A DNA stretch of 64,000 bases from contig JBBPEB010000004.1 in assembly GCA_039096225.1 (NCBI GenBank), forward strand, positions 496,001 through 560,000, read 5' to 3'. The notes beneath the pieces are model-generated. The model had not been told where the DNA came from. It did no database searches and worked only from the letters and a program-made list of their open reading frames with translations. The translations under genes were made by a program, and so were the position numbers. Positions 1 to 18,318 of this stretch are shown in pieces. Origin of the DNA: Blastocystis sp. Blastoise. Lineage: Eukaryota > Protista > Bigyra: Opalinata. Within the stretch, counting starts at the first letter, position 1, and each line of letters opens with the position of its first letter.

Positions 1-188
1 AAGTCATTACATTTCAAGACTGTAAATATATATAATAATAATAATCATAATACATAAGTTCGATATATATTTATATATAGTTATCTGTTCAAACTCTTAT
101 CCTGAATATATACAATTATTTAAAAGTATTATTACTACTCATGTATTTCCTAATATAACAACACTTAACTATTATGGTATATAGAGAC

Positions 189-226
<38 letters not shown>

Positions 227-975
227 TGTTTTGAATGATTATAATGATATTCTGTTAGAAAATGAATTACTTTGTTTAATTACTAGAAATAACTTTCCTC
301 AATTACATATATATGATTTAAGATCTTATATGGAATATACAAATCAAGATAGATTAAACCAGCAACTTCATTTATTATTACCGCTTTCATTCCTTCAATT
401 AATAGATACATTATATCTTATAGATTGTAATACTTATCGTAATGGCGATTATTTAACAGATAAAGCATTAGAACAACTTATTGAAGTAAAGAAAATGAAT
501 AGCAATCATTGTACTATTTATTGTATATATATATATATATATATTATACACTATGCCATAACTATTATTTTATATTTATATAGTTAATCAGCCACTTATT
601 CAATATAATGTATTATTAAAAGAACTACACAATCTTAATATCATTTCTATTAACGAACTATCTATTATTAGTATAACCTCTATATATATATTAATTATTT
701 ATATTATATATTATAGCTAATCGATTATCAAATGATTCTTTTGATTATACCATTTTTGATTTGAGTTTATGTCCAATAAAATATTTAGATTTAAGTATAT
801 ATATATATATTATACAAATAGATATATTTATACATTGAATAGATATGTATTATCTCTCAGAGAATAAAGTACAAATACTAGAAAAAATATATAAGAATAT
901 CAATGTTAAATCCCTCAAAACAATATGTATAAAAACAAATTGTATATATATATATATATATTATATATTATATAC

Positions 976-1046
<71 letters not shown>

Positions 1047-2532
1047 GTCGGACCTGGTACAGAAGACAGTTATATGAATTTTGTTCAAAAGTGTGTTTCT
1101 CTGTTTTGCTCATCATCCTATGATTCTGTCACATATCTAAGTATAGGTATGTATTATATATTATATAAATATACGCTTTTCATTTACTTTTATTTTTACA
1201 TTATAATTATAGATGAAGATAGTCATAGTTTTGGCTATATTACAAGGAGAAAGTATAAAATTCCTTTTGATGTTAGTAAAGCAATAAGTCAATATTTATC
1301 ATTATTCAATAATATTCAATTTTTAGACTTATCATGTATATAAAAGATTTTTCTTTATTATTATTATATAATATTATTTACTCTATAGCTTGGCATTTGG
1401 TTGATTGTATGTATTTATTAAAAGAACAAAAAGAACTACCCATTTGGAAAATAGTGACTGAATTAACTGTAGCATTTAGTATATTAATTATAAGCAGTTA
1501 TTATAATATATTCATCTAATATATATATAGATAATATAAATAAGCTTTGTGATGTATTAAATATTATTTATTGTTACTTGGAAAATAATAAACTTCCCAA
1601 ATTACAGAAATTAAATATATTCTTAATCAGTAATATATATTATATATTCTATTATTATTCCATATAGACATCGTTATCGATCTTGATCAAGTACTTAAGT
1701 TTGTCGATTTATTTAAAAATATTTCATATACGAATATATCAAACCTTAACACATTCTCCATTTTCTATCTTGATGGGTGTATATATTATAAAATAGTTTA
1801 TATATATCAATTATAACTCATACTATTATTTATTTATTTAGATGAATATAATTTCTTATAATTCATATTAAAAACTTATAGCAATACTCTATTTTCATTG
1901 ATTCGTATAAAATATATTTATATATAGTTGTTGAAGGCCGGTATAGAGGTATTTATAACTTATTTGAATCATTTCCATCTTTGGCTTATTATTGTCATAA
2001 GAGAATTGATACTATTAGCATGTGTAACGAATTTACAGATACACTTGAATACCCAACACCAGCTGTATACTATGATTATATACATAATCAATTAAATATG
2101 GAATATTCAGTAAATATCCAAAAACTATATATTAGTATATACACATAATTAATAATAACAGTTTGTAATATATATATATATCTGCTGATATTCACTTTTA
2201 TATTATATATAGTAGTAGAAGATATAGAATTCTTTCAAAATATTGCAGATATAATAATAAAGAATCAGTTTCCTTATTTAAGACATTTAATTCTATATAT
2301 TGATGGTATTTTATTACTAATTCATTATTATTGATCATATTATATTATTTATTATATTTTATATTATATACTATATACTATATTCTATATATTATATACT
2401 ATATTTTGTTCTATAGAAGAATATTTGGACGAGGAAGAATTAGATTTAATAATAATTTCTTTAGAGACTTATAAAAATGAAACGAATCCTTCTTTGTTTA
2501 TTGGTCGATGTTCTATAGATGATCTGGAATAA
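1..2532 (+). CDS. 5'-partial multi-exon LRR-like protein of unknown function
   Basis: About 14 GT-AG introns; exons carry repeated LxxLxL-type motifs (NFPQLHIYDL, IKYLDLS, IQFLDLS, LPKLQKLNIF, QFPYLRHLILYID); stop TAA 2530-2532. Confidence 0.5.
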
Positions 2533-2534
2533 GT

Positions 2535-2570
<36 letters not shown>

Positions 2571-3024
2571 AATAATGTTGTATGCTTCAATAGTTTGAAA
2601 AACCAGTTTATTTTTATTTATTTATATTATAATTATATATAGCTATAAAGATATTCCTTTAATTTTTTTTTGTATACATATATATTTTTTGTTGTTGTTT
2701 TTATTATTGTATATTTTTGAAATTTGTTAATTTTATATCCTAGTTTACAAGAAAGACATGTCAATTCTATATTTTATAATGTCAAAAAAAAATGATATAT
2801 AAAAATTTGAAAAAAAAATAATAAAAGAATTATTAACCCAACAAATTATTGTGAAAAACATCGACCAACAATATAAATATAATTATAAAAACAAATGAAT
2901 TAAAATCCATATAAACAAAGAAAACAAAACAGTTATAAACAACAACAACAAAATAAAAAAAGAAATAACAATCGAATCACAACATATAGTGTAATCACAA
3001 ATATACACATATCTATTTATACAA

Positions 3025-5893
3025 TTATATTCTTCTTCTCTTTTGAGCTTTCTTTCCTAATACAATAAGACGTCGAACTTTACGTTTTTGAGCAGCACGT
3101 TGTTGTTTAATACTTAATTTCAATTTCGATTGTACTTTATAACTCTTTTGGACCATTTGGAAATTCTTTGTTCTTAATTTTTCCTTATTTGTAGTACCAC
3201 CACCTTTCGTCTTAGGAGTAAACTTTACACGACTTTCAATCAACTTATTACGACGCTCCTATATATATAGTTATTATATATATATTATATTTACTGAAAA
3301 AAGAATTAAAGTAAAAAAATGAGAATGAAAATAAAAAAACAAAAATAAACGATTATTATATATATAAATATATATATATACTTCAATAGCCATTTTTCTC
3401 TTTTTATGTTCACCAAGTAAATCTGTAGGATCTAATACAGTAGGTAAACTATTATCATTAGCAATGCCTCTATAATAAGGATTATCACTATTATCGTCTT
3501 CACTATCTGAACTATCACTATTTCGTTCTCCATTCTTCTTCTTTCTTAATGATTTTATGACATCTAAATCACGTTGGGATAAGATCTTTGTTCCTTCTAA
3601 ACGCTTTGTAGGATCTGTTTCTTCTTTCTCTTCTCCTTCATCTTCTTCAATATCCATAGAATTATCATCTTCATCTTCTTCTTCATCTTCATCTTCATTT
3701 TCATCTTCTATTTCCATTGAGTTCTCATCTTCTTCTTCATCTTCATTCTCTTCTTCTTCTTCTTCTTTATTTTCATCATCTTCTTCTTCTTCTTCTTCAT
3801 CATCATCATCATCATCAATTGGAACAAGTTCATCCATATCATCATTATCATCATCTATTCCTTCTTCTTCTTCTTCTTCATTATCACTATTTAATAAATT
3901 AATATCTTCAATATCAAGTACATGGGTATTTTGATACTTATTCTTACTAATAACAGGTTTTAAGTTACCCTCTTTAGTTACAGCTATTTCCATATCATCA
4001 TCTATATCATTAGGATTAATCTCACCACGATCTAAAGCCTATATATATATAACAAATAATAAATAACTATAATAATACATATAAACTAATAAGAATAGAT
4101 AGGAAGAAAAGAATAATTATATGTTTATATATATATAAAATAGGAGTTTCAGATAATAATAAATATATATATATATATATATATACTTCTTCTAGCATAT
4201 CAGTACCTTCAATCTTATCGACGACAACTTGTTCTCCGTACGATAACGGTCGTTTGCTTCGATCTTCCACCTTCCCTCTATCCTTCTTCTTTAATATATG
4301 AGGACATACTTCTCGAACATTCTATATATAGATATATATATATTAGAATGTAAGTGTTGAAATAATATATATATATATACATTAAGGAAGTTTCTAGAAG
4401 CCATAACAACACCTTTATCTTTAAATGATTTATAATCAATCTATATATAAAGTGATAGTGATAGTATAACATAATATATAATATATAATATATATATATA
4501 TACAATATCTTGAATAAGAGGAGCCATTTCTTCTTCTTCAAATAATAAGGGGATACGTCGGAAGATTTCACGAATTGTATTTATACCTAAAGCAATTGCC
4601 TATAGAGAAGATATATTATATATATCGAAGTGAAATAGAATTCAATAATATAATAAATAGAATACAATAATAATAATATAAGTAATTTCTATATATATAT
4701 ATACTTCAGGTCTAGAACGGTCATTAACAAAGTTATTAGCAATTAATTTGACAATAGGAATGAGTTCTTCTGCAGGTATATAATCATGACAAGCTTGTAC
4801 TACATATACTAACAGACGTGTAACATTTTCTTGATGACTATTCATATAGGATTGCATATAAGTAAAGAAACTAAACACAGTCAATTTGTGATACCCAATA
4901 AATCGACTTATTAAATTCATCATTAACATACGAATATTAAAAGCTTCTTTATTCTAAATATATATATAGAGATATTATTATTATTTGAAATATATATATA
5001 TATATTGTATAGTATAAAAATAAATAATAATAATATAAATAGTATAATAATATTATATATATATATATATACTTGTCTAAGTTTAGATAATAATTTTTCA
5101 GTAAATGTTTGAGGATCATACACTAATTCTATACAAGGGAATCGCACACGACCCTCTTTCCCGCGACTTTTATCACGCATCTTCTTACGACGTTGTTCTA
5201 CTTGCTTCTTTACGTTACGCTCACGTGCAGCAGTCTTCTTAGAATGACTATATATATATATATGTAAGGTTATGTTATATATATAGTATAATATTATTTA
5301 TTATTATAGTGTAGAGATTAAAATAAATATTTGATACTATAGAAATACTATACAATATAATTCCATGATTAATCAAAAAAAATAATAATACAAAAATTAA
5401 CAATTATTAAAATAAATAACTACTATAATAACTATATATATACAGATGTCTATTAATTTCTGTATCTTCTTCTTCTTCTTTTGCTTTCTCTTCATCATCT
5501 TCAATGATATCTTCAATACCTAAGAAGAATCGAATACCACCCACACTCACCTTACTATGCTATATATAGAGAGAAATTATATATATATATATATAGAGTA
5601 TTTATAAGAATATATAGAGTATACAGTATATATAGAATAATAAAACTAGTCACTATAAACAAACATATTTATATAATATAATTATTATTATTTATATATA
5701 TAAATATATATACTTTAGAAAGACAGGCAGTAGCAATAACATTAACAGATTTCTCATCTATCCAAATCTATATATATATATACATATACATATATATTGT
5801 TATTATCAAAATAAAAGCATTTTTATTATAATTTATCCATTATAAATTCATAATATATATAGTTATATTAATATCTCAAATAATAATAATAAT

Positions 5894-5951
<58 letters not shown>

Positions 5952-6821
5952 TTGTCTTCTATAGAGTTCGACCATGACATCCAGAGCCTTACGAGCAATT
6001 AATTCATTATCATTATTAATAAGCTCATACATATAAGACTTTAAAGCACGATTCACATAGAAGAAGATATATAAATAAATAAATATATAAATATATATAA
6101 ATATATATAAATATAAATATAAATATAAATATTAAAAAAAAAATAAAAAAACATTTAAAAAGCATAAAAATAAAAAGAATCAAAAAATATTAAAAATTCA
6201 ATATATCTAAAATAAAAGTTTATAGACAAACTTATATATAATTTACAAAAAAGCAATAAAATAATATAAATATACACTATCATTGATTTTTTTATCGTTA
6301 CATGAGGTAATATCAGAAATAATATGAGTGAATATCAAAGCACGAAGTTGTTTATCGTTAATACGGAAATAACTGAATAATTTCTTCAATAAAGGAATAA
6401 TCTCTATTAAACCACGATTTCTCATTAAAATAAGAGACTGTACTAAAGTTTTTCTTGTATCGAGATGCATCGACTCAGCGTTTTCATCTAATAATTGGAA
6501 GAGTTTATCAGGAAATTCAGCCATTTCCTATAAAAATAATGTTATGTTTATTTACTTTAGAAACATAAAATTCGACAAAAGAATCTCAATACATAAATAA
6601 TAAACAAATAATCATACTTTAGGATAGCATTGAGCTACATGACTTAAGAAATTGACAGAAGCACAGAAAGAATCATTCTTCTTACCAATATTAAGACGGA
6701 AAATTTGTAATTCACTGTCAAAGTGTTGATATTGTTGTATAAATTCTTCCTTATAAGCAACAGGATCTCTTTTAATATGATTTTGTAAAGTAGGTAAATC
6801 TTGAACAACAGATACAACCAT
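3025..6821 (-). CDS. SDA1: SDA1 60S ribosome biogenesis protein
   Basis: N-terminus LPTLQNHIKRDPVAYKEEF, ELYRRQIW, IANNFVNDRSRPE, KKKDRGK, acidic tract and C-terminal GGTTNKEKLRTKNFQM match SDA1; about 10 introns. Confidence 0.95.
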
Positions 6822-7443
6822 TTTTGTTTGGAAATATTATTGTTTAGAGGTTTTATATACTTTAACTATTGTATTAATATACGAATTACTAATACGTATA
6901 ATAATAAAGTCCTTTAAATAAAGAGTATGGAGAAAAACCAGCTATTTTTATAGTCATTATTTTTTAATGGCTTTTGGTTAATTTTACAAAATAATCGTGA
7001 ATAACGTAATTGATAAAGTGTTTGCTTGTTTTTATATCAAGTTTGTTAATATATCCAAAATAAACAATTAGAAATAACTATAAAAATGATTGAGAGACTG
7101 AAAGAAACCCTATTCAAAAGCCAGACTTGTTTGAGACAATGAGTCAATAATTGGTTTCAAAATAAATGGATTGTTTTTTTATGATCCTGAGACAGATATA
7201 CTGATATATTAGGGTCGTGTCAATATAATTTGATCAATAATCAACAAACTGAAAGCTTGTTGTGTTTATTTTTTTTATATTGGGAAAACTATTTTTTTCC
7301 AGTTTATTCTTCATAATATCCGCGATTTCCATTTATTAGAATTCTATAATAAACAACGATATTCTTTTAGAGTGTTCCTGAACTTCTTTTCTTTCTTTAT
7401 ATTCTATTTTCTTTATTTATCCTTATTCATTACTTTAATCATC

Positions 7444-7763
7444 ATGGGTCTCACCTCCTTATTTACTCCAGATGAAGATACTAACTATAAACTTATCTTC
7501 TTCTCTTACTTATTCTTTTTTATATGTGCAATTGTTTTATTCTTTGTTCAAGATATATGGGAAGACGTCCGTGGATTCTGGATTGTTGTATATTAATATC
7601 TCAGTTATTTTGTTTTCGTTTTTGTCCAAATCATATTATTTATTGTCTCTATTCTCTTACATTTTTTCTTTTATAGCTTTCAGTATATGTCTTAGGTCTT
7701 CCTTATTATGGTTTCTTATGGTATAAATCTTCAAAGACTCAACCTAAAACAAAGACTGATTAA
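7444..7763 (+). CDS. Small two-exon membrane protein (about 77 aa), unknown
   Basis: ATG 7444; a GT-AG intron joins ...VRGFWIV to LSVYVLGLPYYGFLWY...KTKTD*; two hydrophobic segments. Confidence 0.6.
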
Positions 7764-8941
7764 ATTACCATTTAATGTTGTTATTGGTTCCTTTTGATAA
7801 TGTGTATTAGATTGTTGTTGTTGTTTTGTAATGTTTTTATATATATTTTTTTCAACTTTTCATTCACAATCTGTGTTTTATCACTCAATTTTTTTGCCAG
7901 GTTTTTTAAATATATATGTATATTACAAAATATATATATACAAAGAAATCATGTATAAAAAAAAAAAAGAACATTTGTATATAAAAAATTAAAATAATAA
8001 TTTTTATTATTCAAATAATAATTTTTATCTTCTCTCTGTACCGTTAAAAGTATTTTTCAAAAATAAAAATCACTTTTATGTTCTTTTTAATATGTATAAC
8101 CTATATAAAAAATTTCAATTAGTTTAACTCGGTTTGGATTTTGAATTTTTAATGATTTTGCTCATAAAATGATAAATAACGTTTTTATCAAATGAAGTTT
8201 ACTCTCCAATATATGTTAAATCATTCATAGACTCTTTTTTAAACAAATGATATAAAAAAAACATGTGATTCATTTAAATTGATGATAATTTATATTCAAA
8301 ATAACACTATATGCTTATTATCACTCAACTGAATACTTATAAAAAAGAATTCAAGATACAATAGAAACGTATAACCACATAATTATTGACTTGAAGTATT
8401 CATTCTAGAATAATAAGGTCACCATACCATTTGGCATTATTATTAGAAAAAAATAACTATGAAATCAGTTTAAAAAATGTAAATAAAGAATATGAAAAGA
8501 ACTATGAATTCGAAAAGAATCCCTTGATTACGCAACCTGTTCTTTATAATTCTTTTTTTCGAACTGTACAGTGATTATAGTATAAAGACAGGAGAAGTGT
8601 CATCTCAATGACTTAACATATAGATTCTTGACAAATATGAAATTCATCTTGGGTAGAAAACAGACTATGTCAACTTAATTGGATGAACTGAAATTTCCTC
8701 CACTAAAAATTCTGAACCAAATATAAATGTCGAATGCATGAATAAGAAACTGGTCTTTTAAAAGTCTTCTAGATTTATGATTATTCAAGTTCTCATCTCA
8801 AAAGATTTAATAAGAATTTGTTTATACATTATTTGTATTAAGTTATTATAAATTGTATGTTTTCTATTATTTAATTTTTTTAAATATTTAAAGATCATTC
8901 TTATGAATGCTTTATATAATTTTTATTTTTATTTTTAGACA

Positions 8942-10479
8942 ATGAGCAAGAACGAAAAAATATTAAAAGAGTTCCAAAAGAAAGGAGCCAACAAGAAGTG
9001 CTTCATTTGTCAACAAAAGGGACCTCAATACTTTGTTATGAATTTCTTAACTCTTGTTTGTACTGGTTGTTCTGGTGTTCATCGTGAATTCTCTCATACC
9101 ATTAAACACATTTCTCTTGCTACTTGGAGTGATGATGAAGTAGAAAAGGTTCTTACCGGAGGTAATAAGGTATATAGATGAAATATATAAAATTTATATA
9201 TACTGAAGCATTATTATTTTATGATTTTACATAAAAATGAATTATTTTTTTCTTTTATTATTATATTTTTAATAAATAAAATTTTTAATAATTGCTTTAT
9301 AATTATAGAAAGCTGAAAAGAAATGGTTGAAAGGATATAATGAGAAGAAATTCCCTCGTCCTGTTCCTTCTGATAAAGTTCGTATTCGTGAATTTATTAA
9401 GAATTGTTTTGAAGATAAGATGTATATATTTTATTTTATAATCTTTTGATTCATGATATTTTTATTTTTTTTTAATTGAGTGTGTTGATTTTGATAGTTT
9501 TCTTTTTGAATTTACTGTTTTTTAAAGTAGAATAATAAAATATTATTATTTATTATTTATTATTTATTATTTATTATTTATTATTTATTATTTATTATTT
9601 ATTATTTATTATTTATTATTTATTATTTATTATTTATTATTTATTATTTATTATTTATTATTTATTATTTATTATTTATTATTTATTATTTATTATTTAT
9701 TATTTATTATTTATTATTTATTATTTATTATTTATTATTTATTATTTATTATTTATTATTTATTATTTATTATTTATTATTTATTATTTATTATTTATTA
9801 TTTATTATTTATTATTTATTATTTATTATTTATTAATTATTATTTATTAATTATTATTTATTAATTATTATTTATTAATTATTATTTATTACTATAGGTG
9901 GGTAAAGGCTTCCAAGGTTGTTGAAGATGATGATGATGAAGAAGAAGAAGAGGAAGAAGAAGAAGAAGTCAAGCCTAAGAAGGGTGCTAAGAAGGCTATG
10001 AAGAAACCTGTTCAAGTCTCTGATGATGAAGATGAAGAGGAAGAAGAAGAAGAAGAAGTTAAGCCGAAAAAGTCTGCTAAGAAACCTATGAAGAAACCTG
10101 TTCAAGTTTCTGATGATGAAGAAGAAGAAGAAGAAGAAATTAAGCCTAAGAAGGCTGTTAAGAAGGCTATGAAGAAACCCGTTCAAGTCTCTGATGATGA
10201 AGATGAAGAAGAAGAAATTAGTACTCCTAAATCTAAGAAATCAGTAAAGAAACCCGTTAAGAAGGCTATGAAGAAACCCGTACAAGTATCTGATGATGAA
10301 GAAGAAGAGGAAGAACCCACTCCTCGTAGACGTGGTAAGAAGGCTGCTGCTACTAAGAAAGCCAAGAAACCTGAATCTGATAATTTATTAGATTTATTCG
10401 GTGCTGCTCCTGTTGAACCTGGTATATATTTATTATTTTTATTATTTTTATTTTTTTTATTTTTTTTATTTTTATTATT

Positions 10480-10544
<65 letters not shown>

Positions 10545-11287
10545 ATATAATCATTTATTATCTCTATACTATATATAGTTGCTGAACCTGATTGGGATGC
10601 TGCTGCTGGATCTTCTGCTGCTCCTTCTGGTGGTAATGATTTATCTGCTTTAGAAGAAATCGCTGCTGCTGATAAATTAGCTAATATTCAAAATGGTATG
10701 TATCATTTATATGTTATATTATAGAACATGTTTGATTTAATTTAATCCTTATTTTGAAGTTTTACTATTTTTTTTTTTAAACTTTATTATGTTTTTAATG
10801 TTTTTTTTTAATAGTTTTTATTGATATATTAATATTTATTAAATAATTATATATATAGCTATGAAGAAGGCTCAAGAAGAAGAAGAAGCTAAGAAGAAGG
10901 CCGATGAAGCCGCTGCTGCCGCTGCTGCTCAACAACAATACTACAATGGCGCTTATGCTGGCTACGATTATAGTCAATATGGATATGGTTATGATCAATC
11001 TCAATATGCTGATCCCAACGCTGCTGCTGCTACTGCTGCTCCTGCCGCTGGTGCTGATGCCACTCAAGCCTATGACCCTAATGCTTATTATTATGGTTAT
11101 GACCAATCTCAATATGCTGGCTATGATCAATCTCAATATGCTGGGTATATATATATTATATGTCCTTTCTCTGATATATCATTCACTACTTATATATCTA
11201 TAAATATTCTATATATATATATATGCTAATATTAATCATTTATATAGTTATGATCAAAGTTATTATCAGAATTATCAACAACAGTAA
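8942..11287 (+). CDS. ArfGAP (AGFG-like) with low-complexity repeats
   Basis: CFIC-x16-CTGCSGVHREF zinc finger; 5 GT-AG introns; KKPVQVSDDE repeats; Tyr-rich YAGYDQSQ tail; stop 11285-11287. Confidence 0.9.
9545..9890 (+). repeat. (TTATTTA)n intronic tandem repeat
   Basis: Directly visible heptamer array inside ArfGAP intron 2. Confidence 0.9.
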
Positions 11288-11547
11288 ATTATTCTATTTA
11301 GCTGCTCCATAGTTTTTTTGTGATTCTTTTTCATGTTATTATATATGGATTTATATAATTAGTTTTTATTTTATTGTCATCAATTTGTATTTTATTATTT
11401 TTATTGTTGTTGTTTTATTTTTTTTTAATAATCTTACTCTTTCAATACAAGTTTTTAAAGAAACAAATAGAAAAACATATAATTTAAATATGAATTATAT
11501 CTATCTATATATACTTTCTTATTCAGATGAAGATTCTGTATTATATT

Positions 11548-12739
11548 CTAGTAGTTGCCCCTTCATATCCATCATTATTGTTGATGAATCTATATATATA
11601 TGTATATATCAAGTAATATTGTTATTTAAAAAAATTCTTTTTTGTAATTATAGTATCATTTAATATTTCTTTTTGTTTGTTATTGTTTGATATATATATA
11701 CTTTTGGCTTCGATATTGGATGTATCATATCCAATTTCACGTAATGTTAAACAACCAATGCTATTTAAATGTCTATATACATTATAATTTTATTAAATAT
11801 ATTGAAGTAAAGTTGAATAATAAAATAAAGCATATATATACTTGAATTTGTGAATAATAGTAAGAATTAGTTGATAAATTTCATCATTATGATATTGATT
11901 TTGTTTTTCTTCATTTCCTTTTATAGAATTACGAAGTAGATGAAGACACTGTGATATATATATATATATATTAATTAATCGAAATTATACATAGTTAATA
12001 AATAAATAGAAAATGATAGAGAAACATACAAAATGATCTAGGGTAGAATTAGAAGTGAATTCTTTGAGATATCGAATAGTAATGATATCAATAGAATAAT
12101 TTTCAATTAAATAGGTTGATACTTCAGAATTACGTAATGTAATTGCAGATAATACTGTATACAACTAGAAAAAGTATATATATAATAATAATAAAAAAAT
12201 AATAATAAAATAATAATAAAATAAATGATTTAATATATATATATATATCTACAGGAATAAGAATAGAAAGGTCATGATCATAAAGAATAAATAATTGTGA
12301 TAAATTTGATTTATCATTTAGAATTGTATATATAGGTAGTTTCCAGGAATCACTTTTACTTAAACTTTTTAAAATAGATAAATAGGAAATACTATAGATA
12401 TAGGAATAAACATAGCAATACTATTATTATTATTAAACATAATAATAACATATATATATATACAGAAGGTCTTTGTTTCTAAGTATATCTGAGAGTACAG
12501 ATTGCAAATATTGATTCATGTGTAAACTTAATACTAATTTACATGATTGTTCATTTACTATTAATTTCGAATATAATGTGTATAATGATAGTAATATTGA
12601 AGAGGATTCTGTTTTCTATATTATTATAGAACTATTAATATAGTTTTTAATGAATATGAAGTATATAAAAATAATATGTTATATATATCATATGTATGTT
12701 ATATATATATAGATATATGTTATATATATCATATGTATG

Positions 12740-12789
<50 letters not shown>

Positions 12790-14095
12790 AGATGTATACA
12801 AGTAGAAGAGGATAGAGTTGATTTATAATATTATAATTCTCTTGAAGAGCCAGAGCATTTTGAAATGATTTCGGAGGAAGAGAAGTATCATCATCTATAG
12901 AATAATATATAGAATAATATATAGAATAATATATAGAATAATATATAGAATAATATATAGAATAATATATAGAGTAACATATAGAATAATATTTAGAATA
13001 ATATACAGAATAATAAGTAAAATAATATAATAAATAATAAATACGTTAGAACACTATATAGAATAATAAATCAATTAATACTATTATTATAATTTAAAGT
13101 GAAAATACACAAATTCAATAAAATACTAATAATGTTATATATATAAATACTGGAGCATAAAATAGTGAATATATGAATGATTTGTATGTATATAGTATCC
13201 TTGCTGTTTTGAGAGAGTAATGATTCAATTAGTACTTTTTCAAATGAATTATACTGATTACGAAATATATCTTTATTTGCTAAGATAAAATAATAAATTA
13301 TATATATTATTTTATAATATGATATATATATATATATACGTTGACATCCAATTAATAGAGTTGCTAAAAACTCTAACGATTCAAGAACTAACTATACATA
13401 AATATAAACATAAATAAAACAAATAAATAAACATATAAATAAACATATAAATAAACATATAAAAACAAAATACATTTTGACTAGAGAAACATTCTATTAT
13501 CATGTCCCAAATATTTGTGACTTTACCAATAATAAGTTTTCCTGAACCTAAAAATAATTACTTATATATATAAACTTTAACTATACGTTGAGACATGAAA
13601 TGTTTTAATAAATCCAAATAAGGAATGAAAATAGTTTTCTTCTCTTTCATTATTAAAAGCACACTAACCATTTGATTAAGATATGTTCTATATACAATAT
13701 ATTATTATAAATCAATAACACAAATATTTTTTAATAAAAATACTGATTGAATTCTTCAATTAAACCCTTTATATAATAGTTCTCGATTATTGAGAATATT
13801 TCTAATATTCTATCGTCATTAACAGAAGATGACTGAAGCTCTTGAAGCATCTCATCAGCATTTGGTTTAGATACAAAAATTAAAAGTGGATCTGTAATCA
13901 ATCCAGAAACATCAACTTCTATAAAACAGAGAGTATAATAATAAGAAAGTAATTAATTGATAAATCAAACAAACTTTGAACTCTACATTGTTCTAAAGCA
14001 TCTTCGATGGCCTCTTTCAGTTCCATTTCGAAATCCTCCATGTTCTCTTTAACAATCTCATTAAATGATTCTTGACTTATCTTGTTCATTGCCAT
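11548..14095 (-). CDS. ARMC6: Armadillo repeat protein ARMC6-like (absent from the ORF track because exons are short)
   Basis: Reverse strand reads MAMNKISQESFNEIVKENMEDFEMELKEAIEDALEQC..VDVSGL (ARMC6 N-terminal signature) and ...TLREIGY near the C-terminus; about 12 GT-AG introns. Confidence 0.8.
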
Positions 14096-15147
14096 ATTTA
14101 TGATAAAAAAAATATTTTATTCATTTCGAACATTTTTATTTCCTATGCATAAGTATGAAATTTTTATATATAGTGTAATAGCAACTTATTGTCAAATATT
14201 TATTCTATAAATATCAAATAAGGGACACATAACTTTCATGAGACTAGTCATTTCTATCATTTATTTATTCAACGATATAATAGTTGACAATGTTTATCAT
14301 AATCCCTAGTAAATAAAACTATATTTGACAAGCTATTCAAAAACTTTTGTTAATTTGAATTTGAAATAGTTTTTTAATTATCTATATAGAAATGCAAAAA
14401 TTGCAGAGAGCTCAATGTGATCCATCATGAAAACCTAGATGAAATGAAATATTGGAACACTGGTGAATATCGAATTGTTTTAAAAAGGTAGTTTCCGTAA
14501 GAAACGAAGGAACATCAGGATTTAGAATGTTACTGAAACAGACATATCATTCTTATATCAAATAGAAATTGAGAAAAAGCAAACAAATCGAAAGATATGA
14601 GATAAATTCGTTTTTCCATTATTCCATGAGAGAGAGAGATTTAAAAAAATACTAAAAATCAAGGGCATATTTTTTAAGATTAAGAATTGAAATGAATTGA
14701 AATAAATTGAATTCCAGGAGGTATTTTTTGAAAGAAACCGCTTATTGGGTATTATCAAGATTCTTGATTTTTGATTGGTTGATAAGGATGGTGTCTCATC
14801 AAAAGTGGAAACTGAAGAACCAGATATGGCATAATTAAGCGACAACACGTCATCATGTTAAAAAAATGAACAAATCAAATGAATCATTTGCTTATAAAAA
14901 TGATGAGATAATCACGGGAAGGTTCTTTTTGATTCAATTCGTAAAAGTTGTTCAAACAAGTAATGTTTACTATTCGTTTTCGCATCAATGATTGGTTGAA
15001 TGATGACCATAAATTTAATCAAGAAATATTTATGGGTATACCAAAAAATTGCACTAATAATCTGATTTCTTATATGTTTTCTTCCTAATATTGTATATTC
15101 CTACATTTTTCTGTGTTTATTTTTTCAAACGGTATAATTGAAGGTTT

Positions 15148-18318
<3,171 letters not shown>

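Noticed and set aside
8395-8611. Roughly 70-codon open stretch upstream of the ArfGAP
   Set aside because: No ATG, the candidate upstream exon has an in-frame TAA, and there is no recognisable motif.
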